The notes beneath the pieces are model-generated. The model had not been told where the DNA came from. It searched no databases and saw only the letters and a program-made list of their open reading frames with translations. From contig JAWQFM010000013.1 in assembly GCA_033442325.1 (NCBI GenBank), positions 1,312,876 to 1,376,875 on the forward strand: a stretch of DNA of 64,000 bases, in the 5' to 3' direction. The stretch's first letter is position 1; every line of letters starts with the position of its first letter. Source of the stretch: Salpingoeca rosetta. Lineage: Eukaryota; Protista; Choanoflagellata. Position numbers and translations under genes: made by a program. This document shows, in pieces, positions 41,847-54,508 of this stretch.

Positions 41847-43169
41847 ACACGCCCCCGTCCCTTCCGACTCGCCTCCTGTCACCACCATCCCACATGTGTC
41901 CTTCAGGCTCGTGCTTGCTTGCACGCATGCGTGCTTGCATGCAGTCGCAGAATAGCGCTCTCTTGTTCTGCTTTTGCTTCTGTGTGTGCTTGCTGCTTGC
42001 TGCGTGGGCCAATGCGAAGTGTGGCTCCCTTCCATTTCATTTCATGCCAATTCAACATACGTTCTTTTTCCCGCAAATCCAGTGGTTTACCTCCTTTGAA
42101 GCTGTCGTGATGTGATGTAATGTTCTTGTGTCTCGACGCTTTTGTCTTCTTCCATCATCATCGTCATCATACGTGCACCATCACGACCGTGATTGCCCTT
42201 GCGTTCATGCAGTGGCATTTTCTGTTGTTTTCGTCTCGTTCCACACCTGCACACACATGCGTGTCACACGCACATGATTTTACTTGCGCTGTCGTCACAC
42301 AGACGCACACCTGCCACGCAAGCGCTTGTGCGTTGCTTTTCCTTCTGTGACTTCTGCACCTCGCTTCCCCCACCCCCTCTCCTCAACTTACCAACGTTTA
42401 TTCCTTGCGTATGCACTCCCTTCACATGATGTGGGTCGTTGATGTGTTAAGTGCGCTGCTGCTTTTGACTCTGAAGTGTTTGTGTCTGTCTGCTTGCTTG
42501 CTTTCGTATGTTCTTGTGTGTGTGTGTGTGTGTGTGCGTGTGCTTTTGTGTGTTATCGTCGCGATGTCACAGCTGTGATGCTGCACATTGCACTCGGTTT
42601 GCGTTCCGTTCTCTCTTCCAGCCACACAAGGACTTGCGCGAGTAATATTTTTTGTTATCGTGACGACTGCTGTTGTGTGCATGTGTGCCTGTATGTGCCT
42701 GTGCGTGTGTGTGACGGCCCACTGTTCTTTGTGGCGGTGCTGTTGTTACATTGCTTGTCTTCGCGTACAACAATGGCCTGTGTTGTGCGTCTATGTGTGT
42801 TGTGTGTCACGCTTTCGTATCTTCTCCCCACCCCCATCCCAACAGTCTTCTTTCAACCCGTCCAACCAAGCCCCAATGAACCATATCCTCCTCAAAATGC
42901 AAGGCTGTCAATCGAATCACACCATAGCTTAACCCCTCGATTCCCCAGCACAGCAGCCTGCTAACACGCAGTGCACTCTCATGACCACTGCACACCACAC
43001 ATTGTCGCCACCAGAAAGTGTTTCGTTCTCGTTCTCCTTCTTCCCTTGCTTGCAACTGCTATCGTCACCGCCACCATCCATTATGTGAAGTTCTCCACCA
43101 CTTCTTCTCTTCCCTCTCCCTCCCCAACGTTCACTTCCTTTCCCCACCCCCTCCCTCTCACACACATGC

Positions 43170-44562
43170 TCACTGCCCTCGCCAGGTGTGGAGCAGCCGG
43201 CGCCCAAACGGCCCAGGTACGAGTGCGTCCACATCCGCCACAGTCACGCTGGGCACGCACGCTGCGGCAAGCAGGTTCCACAACGCGTTGCAGTCCTCGA
43301 CACGAAGGGTGCGGAGCGATGTGTTGATGGAAAGGCGTGATAGCGTGTGGCAGGCGCGCACGTGCAAGTAGTGGAGGTTTGGGAACGGCCCAATATGCCG
43401 CACGCCATCCAGCTCCTCCAAGGAGAGCGAGCGGAGGTGTGTGGAGCGCAATCTGCTCACCTCTGCCCCTACGGGAACACGGCACAGGGAGAGGCTGGTG
43501 ACGTGGGTGAGAGCAGCAACACCGCGCGCGCAGTTGCACTGGTTGACGACGAGCGTGTGCACGCGCTTGAGCGGGCTCAGGTCGTCCACAGCGTGGCACT
43601 GCACCAGTGTGACGTTTGATGCGGAGGCTAGGGGAGAGACGTCCCGCACACTCGACTCATGGATGCTGACGGTGGTGACATGTGCGAGCGGGGCGAAGGA
43701 CGGCAGCACGCGTGTTGACACGGCCTTGATGAACACGGTGTTGAGGTGCGGCAGCAGCGGGAACGGCTCGTGCCCAGACGCCCAGTGCGGGTGCGCGAGT
43801 GTCAGGTGTCGCACGCTGTGCAGGCCGTCGAGGTGGGTAAGGCCGCGTGTGTGGACGAGGGTAACGTGCTCTGCGCGCGCGAGGTGGCGCACGTCCGTGT
43901 TGGCCGTGGAGAAGAGGCGAACGCGCCTGTTGCTGCAGCCAAACGACGACGGCCACAGCGTGAACGCGCCTCGCAGCTCCAGCGTCCGTATTCTGTCCAG
44001 CCCGCGCGTGTTGATGCTGAGATGGGGTGGCTCGCCGAGATCAAAGACGGTGAGCGACTGCAGGTGTTGTGGCATCGAGGTGGCGTCCAGGGTAAAGCCA
44101 GCCGGTGTACGACACGCCATGAGCGCAAGATGCTGGCAGCCGATGCCTTGCAGCGTGGTGTCGGTGATGAGCCAGTCTGTGAACACGGCCATTCTCGGCT
44201 GGATGGAGCGGAGGGCGTTGAGCACGCGCGTGGTGTGGGCTGGGTCACCCAGGGTGCGAACGGCGAACGCTCGCCGGCACACGTCCAGTGGCGGGTGGAT
44301 GTCAATGTCAACGGTCAGCGGCAGGGTGATGGGCAGGGTGTTGTACCAGCTGTTCAGGGCGGCCTCCCAGTGCGGCGTGCTGGTGTCCAGCAGCACGAGC
44401 GACGCAACCCGCCCGTCCCACGTGAGCGGCAGCGCGTGCACGGAGTGATAGAGGGATCTGCTCGTGCTGCTGAGCCGGACAAGGGAGAGGGCATCAAGTT
44501 GATGCCGAAGGTGACTGTTCCACACGTCATATGGCAGCGTCTCCAGCGTCACGTGGCTGTCT

Positions 44563-44600
<38 letters not shown>

Positions 44601-45440
44601 GCGGTGGTCCTGCTGGTCGTTCTGGTTGTGATCGTGGTTACGAGGGTGGGCTTGGTTGCGCATGCCTTCTTCTCCTTCGTTGGATTGTGCTTCGTGAGCA
44701 GCTTGTGCTGCATGCTCTTTGTTGGCGTCTTGCTTTTCCTCTGCTTGCTGTTTGTGTTGGTGGCCTTTGCACGCGTGCTCGTGGTGTGGGCGTGCGAGGG
44801 TGGCTGCAGCAAGTGAAAGCGAGGCGGCGACGCGACGCAACGCAGACACAAGTGGCTTGATGGCGTGGCGCTTGGCTGCGATAGAGAGTCGGGCGCGCAC
44901 GTGCTCTGGGATGCGGGTGACAATAAAGCGCTGGCACTGGAGCAGGCCAGCCTCGAACGCCAGAAGCGCGACAACGATAGCCCACGGCAGCCGGTGCACA
45001 CACTGCGACGCGGTAGCCATGAGCATGTCGCCGATGCGCACGGATGAACGTGTCGCGTGCAGCGTTGCTGAGGCTGCGACGACAAGCCAGCCGACAGGTG
45101 TCGTCAAGGCAAGCAGAAGGATGTACGCGGCGCCATAGACAAGGCCACCGGCCGTGCAGAGCGAGAAGAACCGCACGAGGTTGAACACCAGGATGCGTGC
45201 CAACAGCCCTTCTGCAATTGCATCCCAAAGCATCGCCTGCCACTCCTCTGCCGCAGTCGCTGTGGTTGCTGTTGCTGCTGCTGTTGTTGTTGTGGAGTTG
45301 GGTGCATGCTGTTGTGTGTGGTGTTGTATGTCCTGTTGTGCATCTTGCTGTGCGTGCTGTTGTCTGTTCTCCCATCCCCACAACGCCGCCGCAACATCGT
45401 CCATGCGTGTGCTGCTGCTCGTCATGTCGTCATCATCCAT
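43170..45440 (-). CDS. F-box plus leucine-rich-repeat protein with hydrophobic N-terminal segments; essentially single-exon (3' end may splice near 43172)
   Basis: Open frame of about 2.27 kb from ATG 45440; F-box TLETLPYDVWNSHLRHQLDALSLVRLSSTSRSLY at about 44445-44550; LRRs such as VRDVSPLASASNVTLVQCHAVDDLSPLKRVHTLVV. Confidence 0.75.
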
Positions 45441-45501
45441 TGTTCTCCTCGTTTGTGGTGATTGTGAGTTTATCCTTGAAGCTCGTCCATAACGTGACGA
45501 G

Positions 45502-45630
<129 letters not shown>

Positions 45631-45801
45631 GATAATGCTAACACGTGAGGGTTGTCGACAAACTCGTTTATAGCGGCCCGCTCACGCACACGCACACGAG
45701 AGCACGCACACGCACACGAGAGCACGCACACGCACACGCACACGCACACGCACACGCACACGCACACGAGAACATGCACATGATGTGACACGACCACGCG
45801 G

Positions 45802-46643
45802 TTAGAAGTCGTATGGGTTGTTCTTCGTTGGGTTTGGCTGGCACATGCTCCCTGGGTGCCTCTTCTGCTGCTGCTGCTGGCTTGCTGCGCCCCTCTCCTT
45901 TACCCTGCGCCGCCTGTCCTGCGATGACGATGACGACGACGACGACGACGACGATGATGACGATGGCGTGACGGGTGCGTCTTCCTGCGGTCGCGACGGC
46001 ATATCCGACAGCTCGGGCGGCAAGTGGAACTTCTACAGGCGCGATGGTGTGGAGTGGTGTGAAGTTGTGTGAAGTGGTGTGAAGTTGTGTGAAGTGGTGT
46101 GAAGTGGTGTGAAGTGGTGTGGTGGAATGGGGGATGATATGAGCAACGGAAACATGTCGAGCGTCAAGTGGCATTCACACAGACGAACCTCGATGACAAA
46201 CTGCTTCTTCTTTAGCTTGAAGACGAGGTCGGCTGTATCCGGCGTCGCTGCCACGAGAGAGTTCAGTTGTGGCATACGCAGCACCTTGAAGAAGCCTGGC
46301 AGCATTGGAGGAGGTGGGTGTGGGGTGTGGGGTGTGGGGTGGAACGAGCGTCAATGACCCATGCATGAGACAAAGGAGAGAGAAAGAGAGAGAGAGAGAG
46401 GTATCCCAACAGAGCACACTACCAGAAGCAGCACTGAGCATGTGCGTGTGCATATGTACCGTGGTATTCCTTGAGCGCTGGATGGTGCTCGTTGGAGGTG
46501 CCGGCAAACCCTTCCATGCGCACAACCGCGTCTGCAAGGAGATGGATGCGGTGGCGGTGGTGCGGTGACGATGACAGCAGCGATGATGGCACCGTCACAA
46601 ACACAACCGCACACGACCGTCGCGCAATGCCTGCCATGTTGGG

Positions 46644-46712
<69 letters not shown>

Positions 46713-47205
46713 TGAGTGAGTGAGTGAGTGAGTGAGTGAGTGAGTGAGTGAGTGAGTGAGTGAGTGAGTGAGTGAGTGAGTGAGTGAGTGAGTGAGTGAA
46801 TGAAAGAGAGAGAGAGAGTGTGTGTGTGTGTGTGAGTGAGTGGGTGAATGAGTGAGTGAATGAGTGAGTGAGTGCGTGAGTGAGTGGATGTGCGTGTGCG
46901 TCTGTGTGTGTGAACGCACGTCGGTAATTGGCATTGAATGTACGCGAGTGTGAATGTAAGGAAATGTGACAGGGAAACCTGAAATGGCAGGTTACCTCTG
47001 AGCTGGTGCAAGAAGGCGCACGCGGCCTGCACTCGCTCCTCAACGCTGTACTGGTCATCATTATAACCGCCACCGCCATCGTCATCCTTATCTGTTGCCC
47101 CCAAGTCCCACGCGCTCGATCCAAGGCGGTGTACACCGATGCGGTGCACAGCAGCGGAGACAAGCGGACCCTGTCGTGCGACAGTTGGTGTGTGTTGTGT
47201 GTGTG

Positions 47206-47270
<65 letters not shown>

Positions 47271-49521
47271 GGGGAGGGGAGTTTGTTAGGTCATGTTGGA
47301 AGGCTACTGTAGTGTAGTCAAGAGGTGGACCCAAACCAGAGGTGCAAGCGGTTTACATACACGCACACAGGGACACAAGGGCGACACATGCACATGTGCA
47401 TAGGTGCACAATACACATACACACACATCTACACACACACACACACATTCACACGCATACACACACGCATACACACACACACATGCACCTGTTGTATGCA
47501 CTCACCGGCTGCGGCACCATGCGAAACGGCTCCACGGCCTCCAATATGAGCTGCATCGCGTCCGCAAACGTGTTACCGCTGGTGACAGCACATGGGAGAG
47601 TATGTGTGTGTATGTGTGTGTGTGTGTGCGCGCGCGCGCGTGAGTGAGTGAGGGTGCGGTGTGTGTTGGGGGTGGCGGTGAGGTGAACTCGATTATCATG
47701 TACACACAGCGAGGTGTGAAAGGTGACACAACAAGTATAAGGACACAGACAAGAACATACCCATGCAAGCAAACACACGGATACACACGCGCGCACCCAC
47801 ACGCACGATTTGGATATTCTCAGGTCTGCGGTGTGAATGGTATCGTTGCTCAAGTCCTTCTCTTCAACCTGAACCAGTGTGTGGCGTCGGGAGTGTTGAA
47901 TTGTGGACGCTGTGAGTATATCCAAACGAGATGCTTGCGCACATGTGTGTGAACACGTACAAATGATTCAAGATATCGCATTCGCGCGCGCACACACACA
48001 CGCACATCTTCACGCACACACACACACACACTCAGGCACACACACACACACACACACACCTGCTGGCTGAGGTTGAATGTGTGGCAGAATTTGGTGCTGA
48101 AGGTCGTGCGTGACGCTGTGCCAACGACAGACTACACACCGAGAGAATGGCATCATGCAAGCACGACGAAAGTTTACACGAGCGTGTGCGTATGTGAGGG
48201 AAGCAAAGTCGATGCAGTCGCTGCTGTGCTGTTGCTTGCATGCTACCAAGACCCACGACGCGCATGCAAACACACATACACACACACCATACATACACGT
48301 GTGCGAGTGACTGGGGCAACGCACCGAAACCTTGGGGAGGTTCTTGTATCTCCACGCAATCTTCATGTCCTTCTCCGGCTTCTCCTGGTGTGCGTGTGTG
48401 CGCGTGCGCGCGTGTGCGGGTACGTGCGTGCGTGTGCAGGTGTATGTGTATGTGTGTGCATGCATGTATATGTACGGGGCAATGTCGTGCGCAATGTAGG
48501 TGAGAGGACCACTGAGGGCGCGTGCAGCGAGGAGCACTGACAGCTGGCACTTGCGACACCGTGCACACGGGGTGGCGTACCACAGACGCAGATTCCGGGA
48601 TGTTGAGCGTATCTACACTGCGCGGGCATGACTACAGAAGAAAGCAAAGCGGCGGCGCCAGGTCGCATGGTGTCGTGAGAGCGGCAACACACGGGCGCAG
48701 TGGCGAGAATGAGCAACGCGTGGAACCATCCACAGGCATGTCCACCCAAACACACACAGATACACACAGATACACACAGATACACACACATGTAAGCAAA
48801 CACAAACACACAATGAACCAACCAAGCAACCAACCAATCACACAAACAAACAAACAAACCACTCGCTGACCTTGAGGAACTTGGATGGGTCTGTATCGGC
48901 GGACATGAGGGTCACATGGTGGTTGTGGCAGATGCCCTGGCTCAGAAAGTACTTGAGCACCACGTCTGCGTACGGGCTTTTGGCTTGCGCCTCTAATAAC
49001 ACGCAAGATAGACAGAGAGAGAGAGTGTGTGTGTGTGTGTTGGGTGGAATTAATAAGCGTGGCGTTGGTGGGAGGGAGGGAAGGAATAAGACGCAGGACG
49101 GAGAAACTAAGAAGCAGGGAAGCAGGGAAGGAGGAAGGAGACAAGAATGCTCCCCTTACCCATCCAAACATACACACGCACCGATGAGGAAGACGGAGCC
49201 AACTGCGACACCACCGCCTGTCGCGCACAATTAGGAGCAAGGTGAGGCCCACGCCAAGCACAACGACCCACGCAACACCGCAGCAGACACCAACCAACAC
49301 GCCTGGAGCGGCAGCGCCACCACCATGCCAGACGGTCAGACGGTTACACACGTGCACACATCATGTAACCGCACACGCAGAGACACGCACAAACCAAGGA
49401 GGTGGTCGATGGCGTCCATGCCGGTGGAGGTGAGCAACTGGCCATTCGCAAGCGACGGCTTGGTCGCTGGTGGTGGCTTGCGTGCCTGGCGCGCAGCCCC
49501 AGCCCGGCGGAAGCTGCTCAT
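45802..49521 (-). CDS. ELP4: Elongator complex protein 4
   Basis: Spliced [126 protein letters not shown], PYDF*. Confidence 0.92.
46645..46880. repeat. (GT)n plus (GAGT)n compound tract in an ELP4 intron
   Basis: Visible runs; sense strand reads (CACT)n then (CA)n towards the acceptor. Confidence 0.92.
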
Positions 49522-49669
49522 CGCTCTTGATAGTCGCAGTCGTTGTCCTTGTGTTCACTACTTTTTGTGGTGTTTTTGCGCCATATCCACCGCGTCGCAC
49601 TCGCACACATCGCACGTTCGCAACACGCACCACCTCTCTCACTGCCACATCTCACATCTCCTCAGCACG

Positions 49670-51524
49670 ATGTCCAACGGGCTCGGCGGCCTGAACGAGG
49701 GCCAGCACCGCACGCTCAAGGTGTGTGCATGTGCGTGTGTGCTTGTGTGTGTGTGTGTGTGTGCTTGTGTGTGTGTGTGCTTGTGTGTGTGTGTGTGCTT
49801 GTGTGTGTGCGCGCTACGTTGTTCCTCCATTGTTCCGTGCGTTGCACCACAATTGACGTCCTCAATCATTCAATCGCTCATGTACACTCATCCACCCTGG
49901 TGCACTCATGTGCACTCATGCACATTACATCGTCAGACGGCGGTGGAACACAAGCTGAACGAACTGGCATCCTTCCAAGGTGAGCGCACAAGGATCAAAC
50001 GACGAATTAGGAGAGGAACATGAAGAGCATACTCTACTTTGCACCTGGTACACGTCAAGCTGAGGCAACACATACGTTCAATCCACCCCTCACAAGCAAT
50101 GTACACTTGCACGCTTGCGCACACCTTTCGTGCCACTGGTTTGTCGCCTTGCAGACACGGAGCTCGTGGAATTTGTCCTCTTGCTCGTCCAGAACAACCG
50201 CGACAAGTGCGTGTCACTGCTGCATGCATTCCTGGAGGACAGATTCCTTGTGTTCCTATTGCACCTCTTTGTGTGCGTGCGTGTGATGTGCTGGACAGAC
50301 GTGTGCGTGTGTGATTGATGATAGTATGTTGTTGTTTGCATTGGGAGTGGTGACGTGGCCCTCACACGCGCGTGGCCGTGTTGTTACATGTCAGGGCGAC
50401 TTGCGTATCCACGCTGCAGGACCTTCTTGAGGATGTCACTGTTCCGTTTGTGGACTGGTGAGTTTGCAACAAACGGCGTTACAGCGAGCACACGTTTGAT
50501 CCTGCCCTTGCTTCAGAAGCAGCTTCAATGCCTGCTGTCCCTGTGTCTTGTTTGTGACCCACCCACCACCGGCTTGTTTGCTCACGTGCGCTGTCTTGCT
50601 CGCTTGTTGTCGTCGATACATATCTGCAGGCTGGGGGAAGCAGTGAGTCAGATCAAGGCAGGCACTTTCGTACCTCCAGGTCAGCCTCAAACAGCGCCCC
50701 ATATGCTTTGCTTTGGTGTACATTCGAATCCGTTTCAACGCCTCATCGCAACAGTTGCTACGATACACGCAACACGTGACATGACACATCATCCACATAT
50801 CACGTGGCATGATGCATGCCACACAACACCCGCTACACAAGCTACACGCTGCACATGGCACGCCACACGCTATGCCTCACCACATGCTTCTTGCTCGTTG
50901 TGTTGTGCAGAGCCGGCGCCTGCTGCGCAAGAGACTGCAGAGGAAGAGCACGAGAAGAGCGCATCACCGCATCGCCAGGCTCACTCCCCTTCCCGCTCAC
51001 GGTCCCCTTCTCGCTCTCGCTCTCACTCCCGCTCACGATCACCATCGCCACGTGCGCGGTCGCGATCCCCGCCACCGCGCCCGCGTTCCCGCGACCGGGA
51101 CCACTATGGCCACGGCTACGGCCGCCCGCGCGACAGGGGATATGCCGGGCGCGACGTTGACCGCCGCCGCGACGTTGACCGGGACCACAACCGCTATCGC
51201 CGTGGTGGTGGTGATCGCGGCGGTCGGTTTGCGCCGCGGTACCACGATGACAGATATGGCGAGCGGGACGGGCGCCGCTGGCGGCGTGGATCGCCCCCGC
51301 CTCCGCACCACCGCGACTGGCGACGCGACCGCGACCGCCGCGGTGCTGCTGCTGCTGCTGATGATGATAATGATGAGCGACGCCGCCGTGGCAGTGGTGG
51401 CGCTGGCGCTGACCGACGCCTGTCGACTGTTGTTGTTCGCTCGCAGGACCGCACAGCAACACGATCCGACGCCGTGCGCAAGAACAAGGCGTCGTTCAGC
51501 AACGCCAGGTGCGTGCGTGCGTGC

Positions 51525-51555
<31 letters not shown>

Positions 51556-52122
51556 TGCGTGGGTGTGTATGTGTGTGATGTGTGTGTGTGTGATGTTGTG
51601 CTCGATGATGTTGCTGTCGTCGTTTTTCGCCTTGTGTACATCCATATCCCCCACACACATACACACACACACGTTCACACACACATACTCCTCCCTCACC
51701 ACCGCTTCAGGCTTGCGTCGAGTGCCTTTGAGGCGGCAGCGGAGAGCACGGCTGCGCCACGCCCCCGTATCACAGACCGTCTTGGTGCTGGCTCTGCAGA
51801 CTCAAAACAGCAGCATCAGCAGCGCGCCGCCGATGACAGCACCACCTCTGGTGCTGGTGCTGGTCGCCTTCGCGGGCGGTTGGGCGATGCTGCCCGTCCC
51901 CGTGCCCGCGCCCGCGAGCGCTCTCCAATCCGCCGCGCTGGTGCTGGTGATGAGCGTGGTGGCCGTGGTGCTCGAGATGATGGTGGTGAGAGCGGTGATG
52001 ATGATCGTCATCGTGGTGGTCGCCGCCCGCGCCGCGGTGCCATCGACCGCGGCCGCTCCGGTGGCGCTGTGCGCATGTTCCAGCAGGCCGCAGCCCAGTC
52101 CGCCAGAGAAGGTGTGTGTGTG

Positions 52123-52163
<41 letters not shown>

Positions 52164-53353
52164 ATGTGTGTGTGCGTCTGTGTGTGTGTACATGTGTGTG
52201 TGTGTGTGTGCGTCTGTGTGTGTCACTGCGTGAATTGCAAACCCTTTGCTCCCCCCCCCCCTTCTTTTTCACTTGCTCGCTCACGTTGCTCTCAACAACA
52301 TATTTACACCAGCTGAGGCGTACTACGATGACGAAGACAACTTTATTGCTGGCGACGAGGTGTTGTCGGACGAGGAGGAAGTGGTGCACGCCGAGGAAAC
52401 CGAGCACGAACCACAGCGCGTCCAGCGACAAAACCCTCCCCGCCCAGCACACCGCGCTCCACCACCCGTGCCGGCACCACCAGCAGCACCAGCACCTGTT
52501 GTTGCCGCCCCTTCGCCACCGCTTCCCGCTGCTCCCGTGCCTGCAGGCATGCCGCATGGCCAGAACGCATTCAGCCGTCTTGGCAGTCACCGCCAGCCCG
52601 CACCCGCGCCCCAGGCTCGCGGCAGCGTCTTTGCTCGCCTCTCAAACAAGAAGACGGGCGCTATGCCACCACACGGCATGCCCACGCCATCGCCCGCAGC
52701 AGCACCATACGTGCCCACGGGACTTCAGCAACAGCAGCAGCAGCAGCAGCAGTTTGGTGGTGGTGGTGGTGTTGGTGGTGGGTTTGCACATGCACAGGCT
52801 GTCGCGAGCCAGATTCTTCACGCTGCCGTCGGCCAACGCCCGCCAGCGCCAAAGGTGGGTTGAGGAGGAAGCGTGTCGGTTCTTGGTGCTGTTGGTAGAA
52901 TGACCGAGCAACTGCCTTTTTCTCACGTGCACACCCACATACCTGCCAAAACAGAAGCAGATGTTCACTGTGCAGCAGAAACCGTTTGGTGCAAAGAAGG
53001 CGGCTCCGCCTCACGCCACCAAACCACGTCCAAAGCCGACGCAGGCTACCCGTTCCATGGCCCGTACGTTTGTTTGTTTGTTTGTGTGTGTGTGTTTGTT
53101 TGTTTGTTTGTTTGTTTGTTGGTTTGTTTGTGTGTTTGTGTGTTTGTTTGTTTTTGTGTTTGTTTGTTTGTTTGTTTGTTTGTTTGTGTGTGTATTTGTT
53201 TGTTTGCTTGTGTGTGTGTGTGTGTTCATGTACAGGAGGCCGATAGAATGTTCCGTCTCACGTTGCGCACTTGCTGTTCTGTCACAGAAACGCTGTGCAA
53301 GTTCTTCCCAAAGTGCCTGAACAAGAAATGCGGCTACTTCCACCCTGTGTAAG

Positions 53354-53394
<41 letters not shown>

Positions 53395-53899
53395 TGCTGC
53401 TGTTGTTACCATCTCCCCGCCACGATGTCGTGTGCCTCCATTCCTCATCCCACGTTCTCCATCATCCCCCCCCCGCCAAACCAAACCAACGACAGCAAGT
53501 GCAAGTTTGACCTGAAGTGTGCTCGCCGCTCCACCTGTCCCTTCTGGCACAGCGACTCGCCCCTCCCACAGATGGGCGCCCCGTCGGGACCAGCCAAGGC
53601 GCCACAGGCAACGCGACATGTCAGGTGAGGACGCACGCCATGCTGGCCATGAGAGGGGCGGAGGTGGATGGGGAGAGGCGTTGAAGAGGATACGGAGTGG
53701 ATCATCGCGTTGTCGTGCGTCCAATACATGTCAGCGCCCACTGCTCACGCGCCACTACAATTACCATCATCACCATCACGACCACGACCACGACCACTGT
53801 CGCCATTGGCACTGCAGCGAGCGCAAGTTTGCTTCCGACACAGTGGCCGAGAACGTGCCGCTCCCGCAGGAACAGGCGCGCAACCAGACGGTCGCTTGA
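49670..53899 (+). CDS. ZC3H14: ZC3H14/Nab2-like polyadenosine RNA-binding protein (PWI-like N-terminus, RS/RD-rich middle, CCCH fingers)
   Basis: N-terminal RTLKTAVEHKLNELASFQDTELVEFVLLLVQNNRDK..LQDLLEDVTVPFVDWL; RS-rich exon; CKFFPKCLNKKCGYFHP and CKFDLKCARRSTCPFWH fingers; terminal SERKF motif. Confidence 0.75.
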
Positions 53900-53975
53900 G
53901 GATGGATGGATGGATGGATGGATGGAAGAGAAGGGGGCGGGGGAGACATGAAGAGGAAGGCTGAGGTTGAGGAAG

Positions 53976-54064
<89 letters not shown>

Positions 54065-54508
54065 TGAATGACCGTCTGCTGCGTGGCGCTTTGCTGGAAA
54101 TTACAAGGATGGCTTTCAAGTTTGACAGCACACAAGCAAGGAATCAGCGTGTGATTGTGGAAACAGCGTGCAGAAGCAGAGACGCATATGCACATCCCCC
54201 TTTTCTGCTTCTTCTGCGTTGCGTAGTCGTTTTCAATTAGTGTGACACCACAACGGCCACAAGACTCAAAACCCAGCCAGCTGTGAGTGAAACCCCCCAA
54301 GCATGAAATGAACACACTCGACTGCAAGACGTAACAACTGCGCGGATGTGACACATGTAACAACGGGTGAGCAAACAACGAAATAACCTGCAGATGGCAG
54401 CTAAACACACACACACACACACTGATAACCTCACACTGATACACACACACACACACAGAACATCATAACATCAGAACATCACACAAATGCATGGCACTAT
54501 TCCTACTG

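Noticed and set aside
49230-49310. Apparent transmembrane exon GVLVGVCCGVAWVVVLGVGLTLLLI on the - strand
   Set aside because: Lies in ELP4 intron 1; the neighbouring micro-exon [11 protein letters not shown] fits ELP4 homology and frame.
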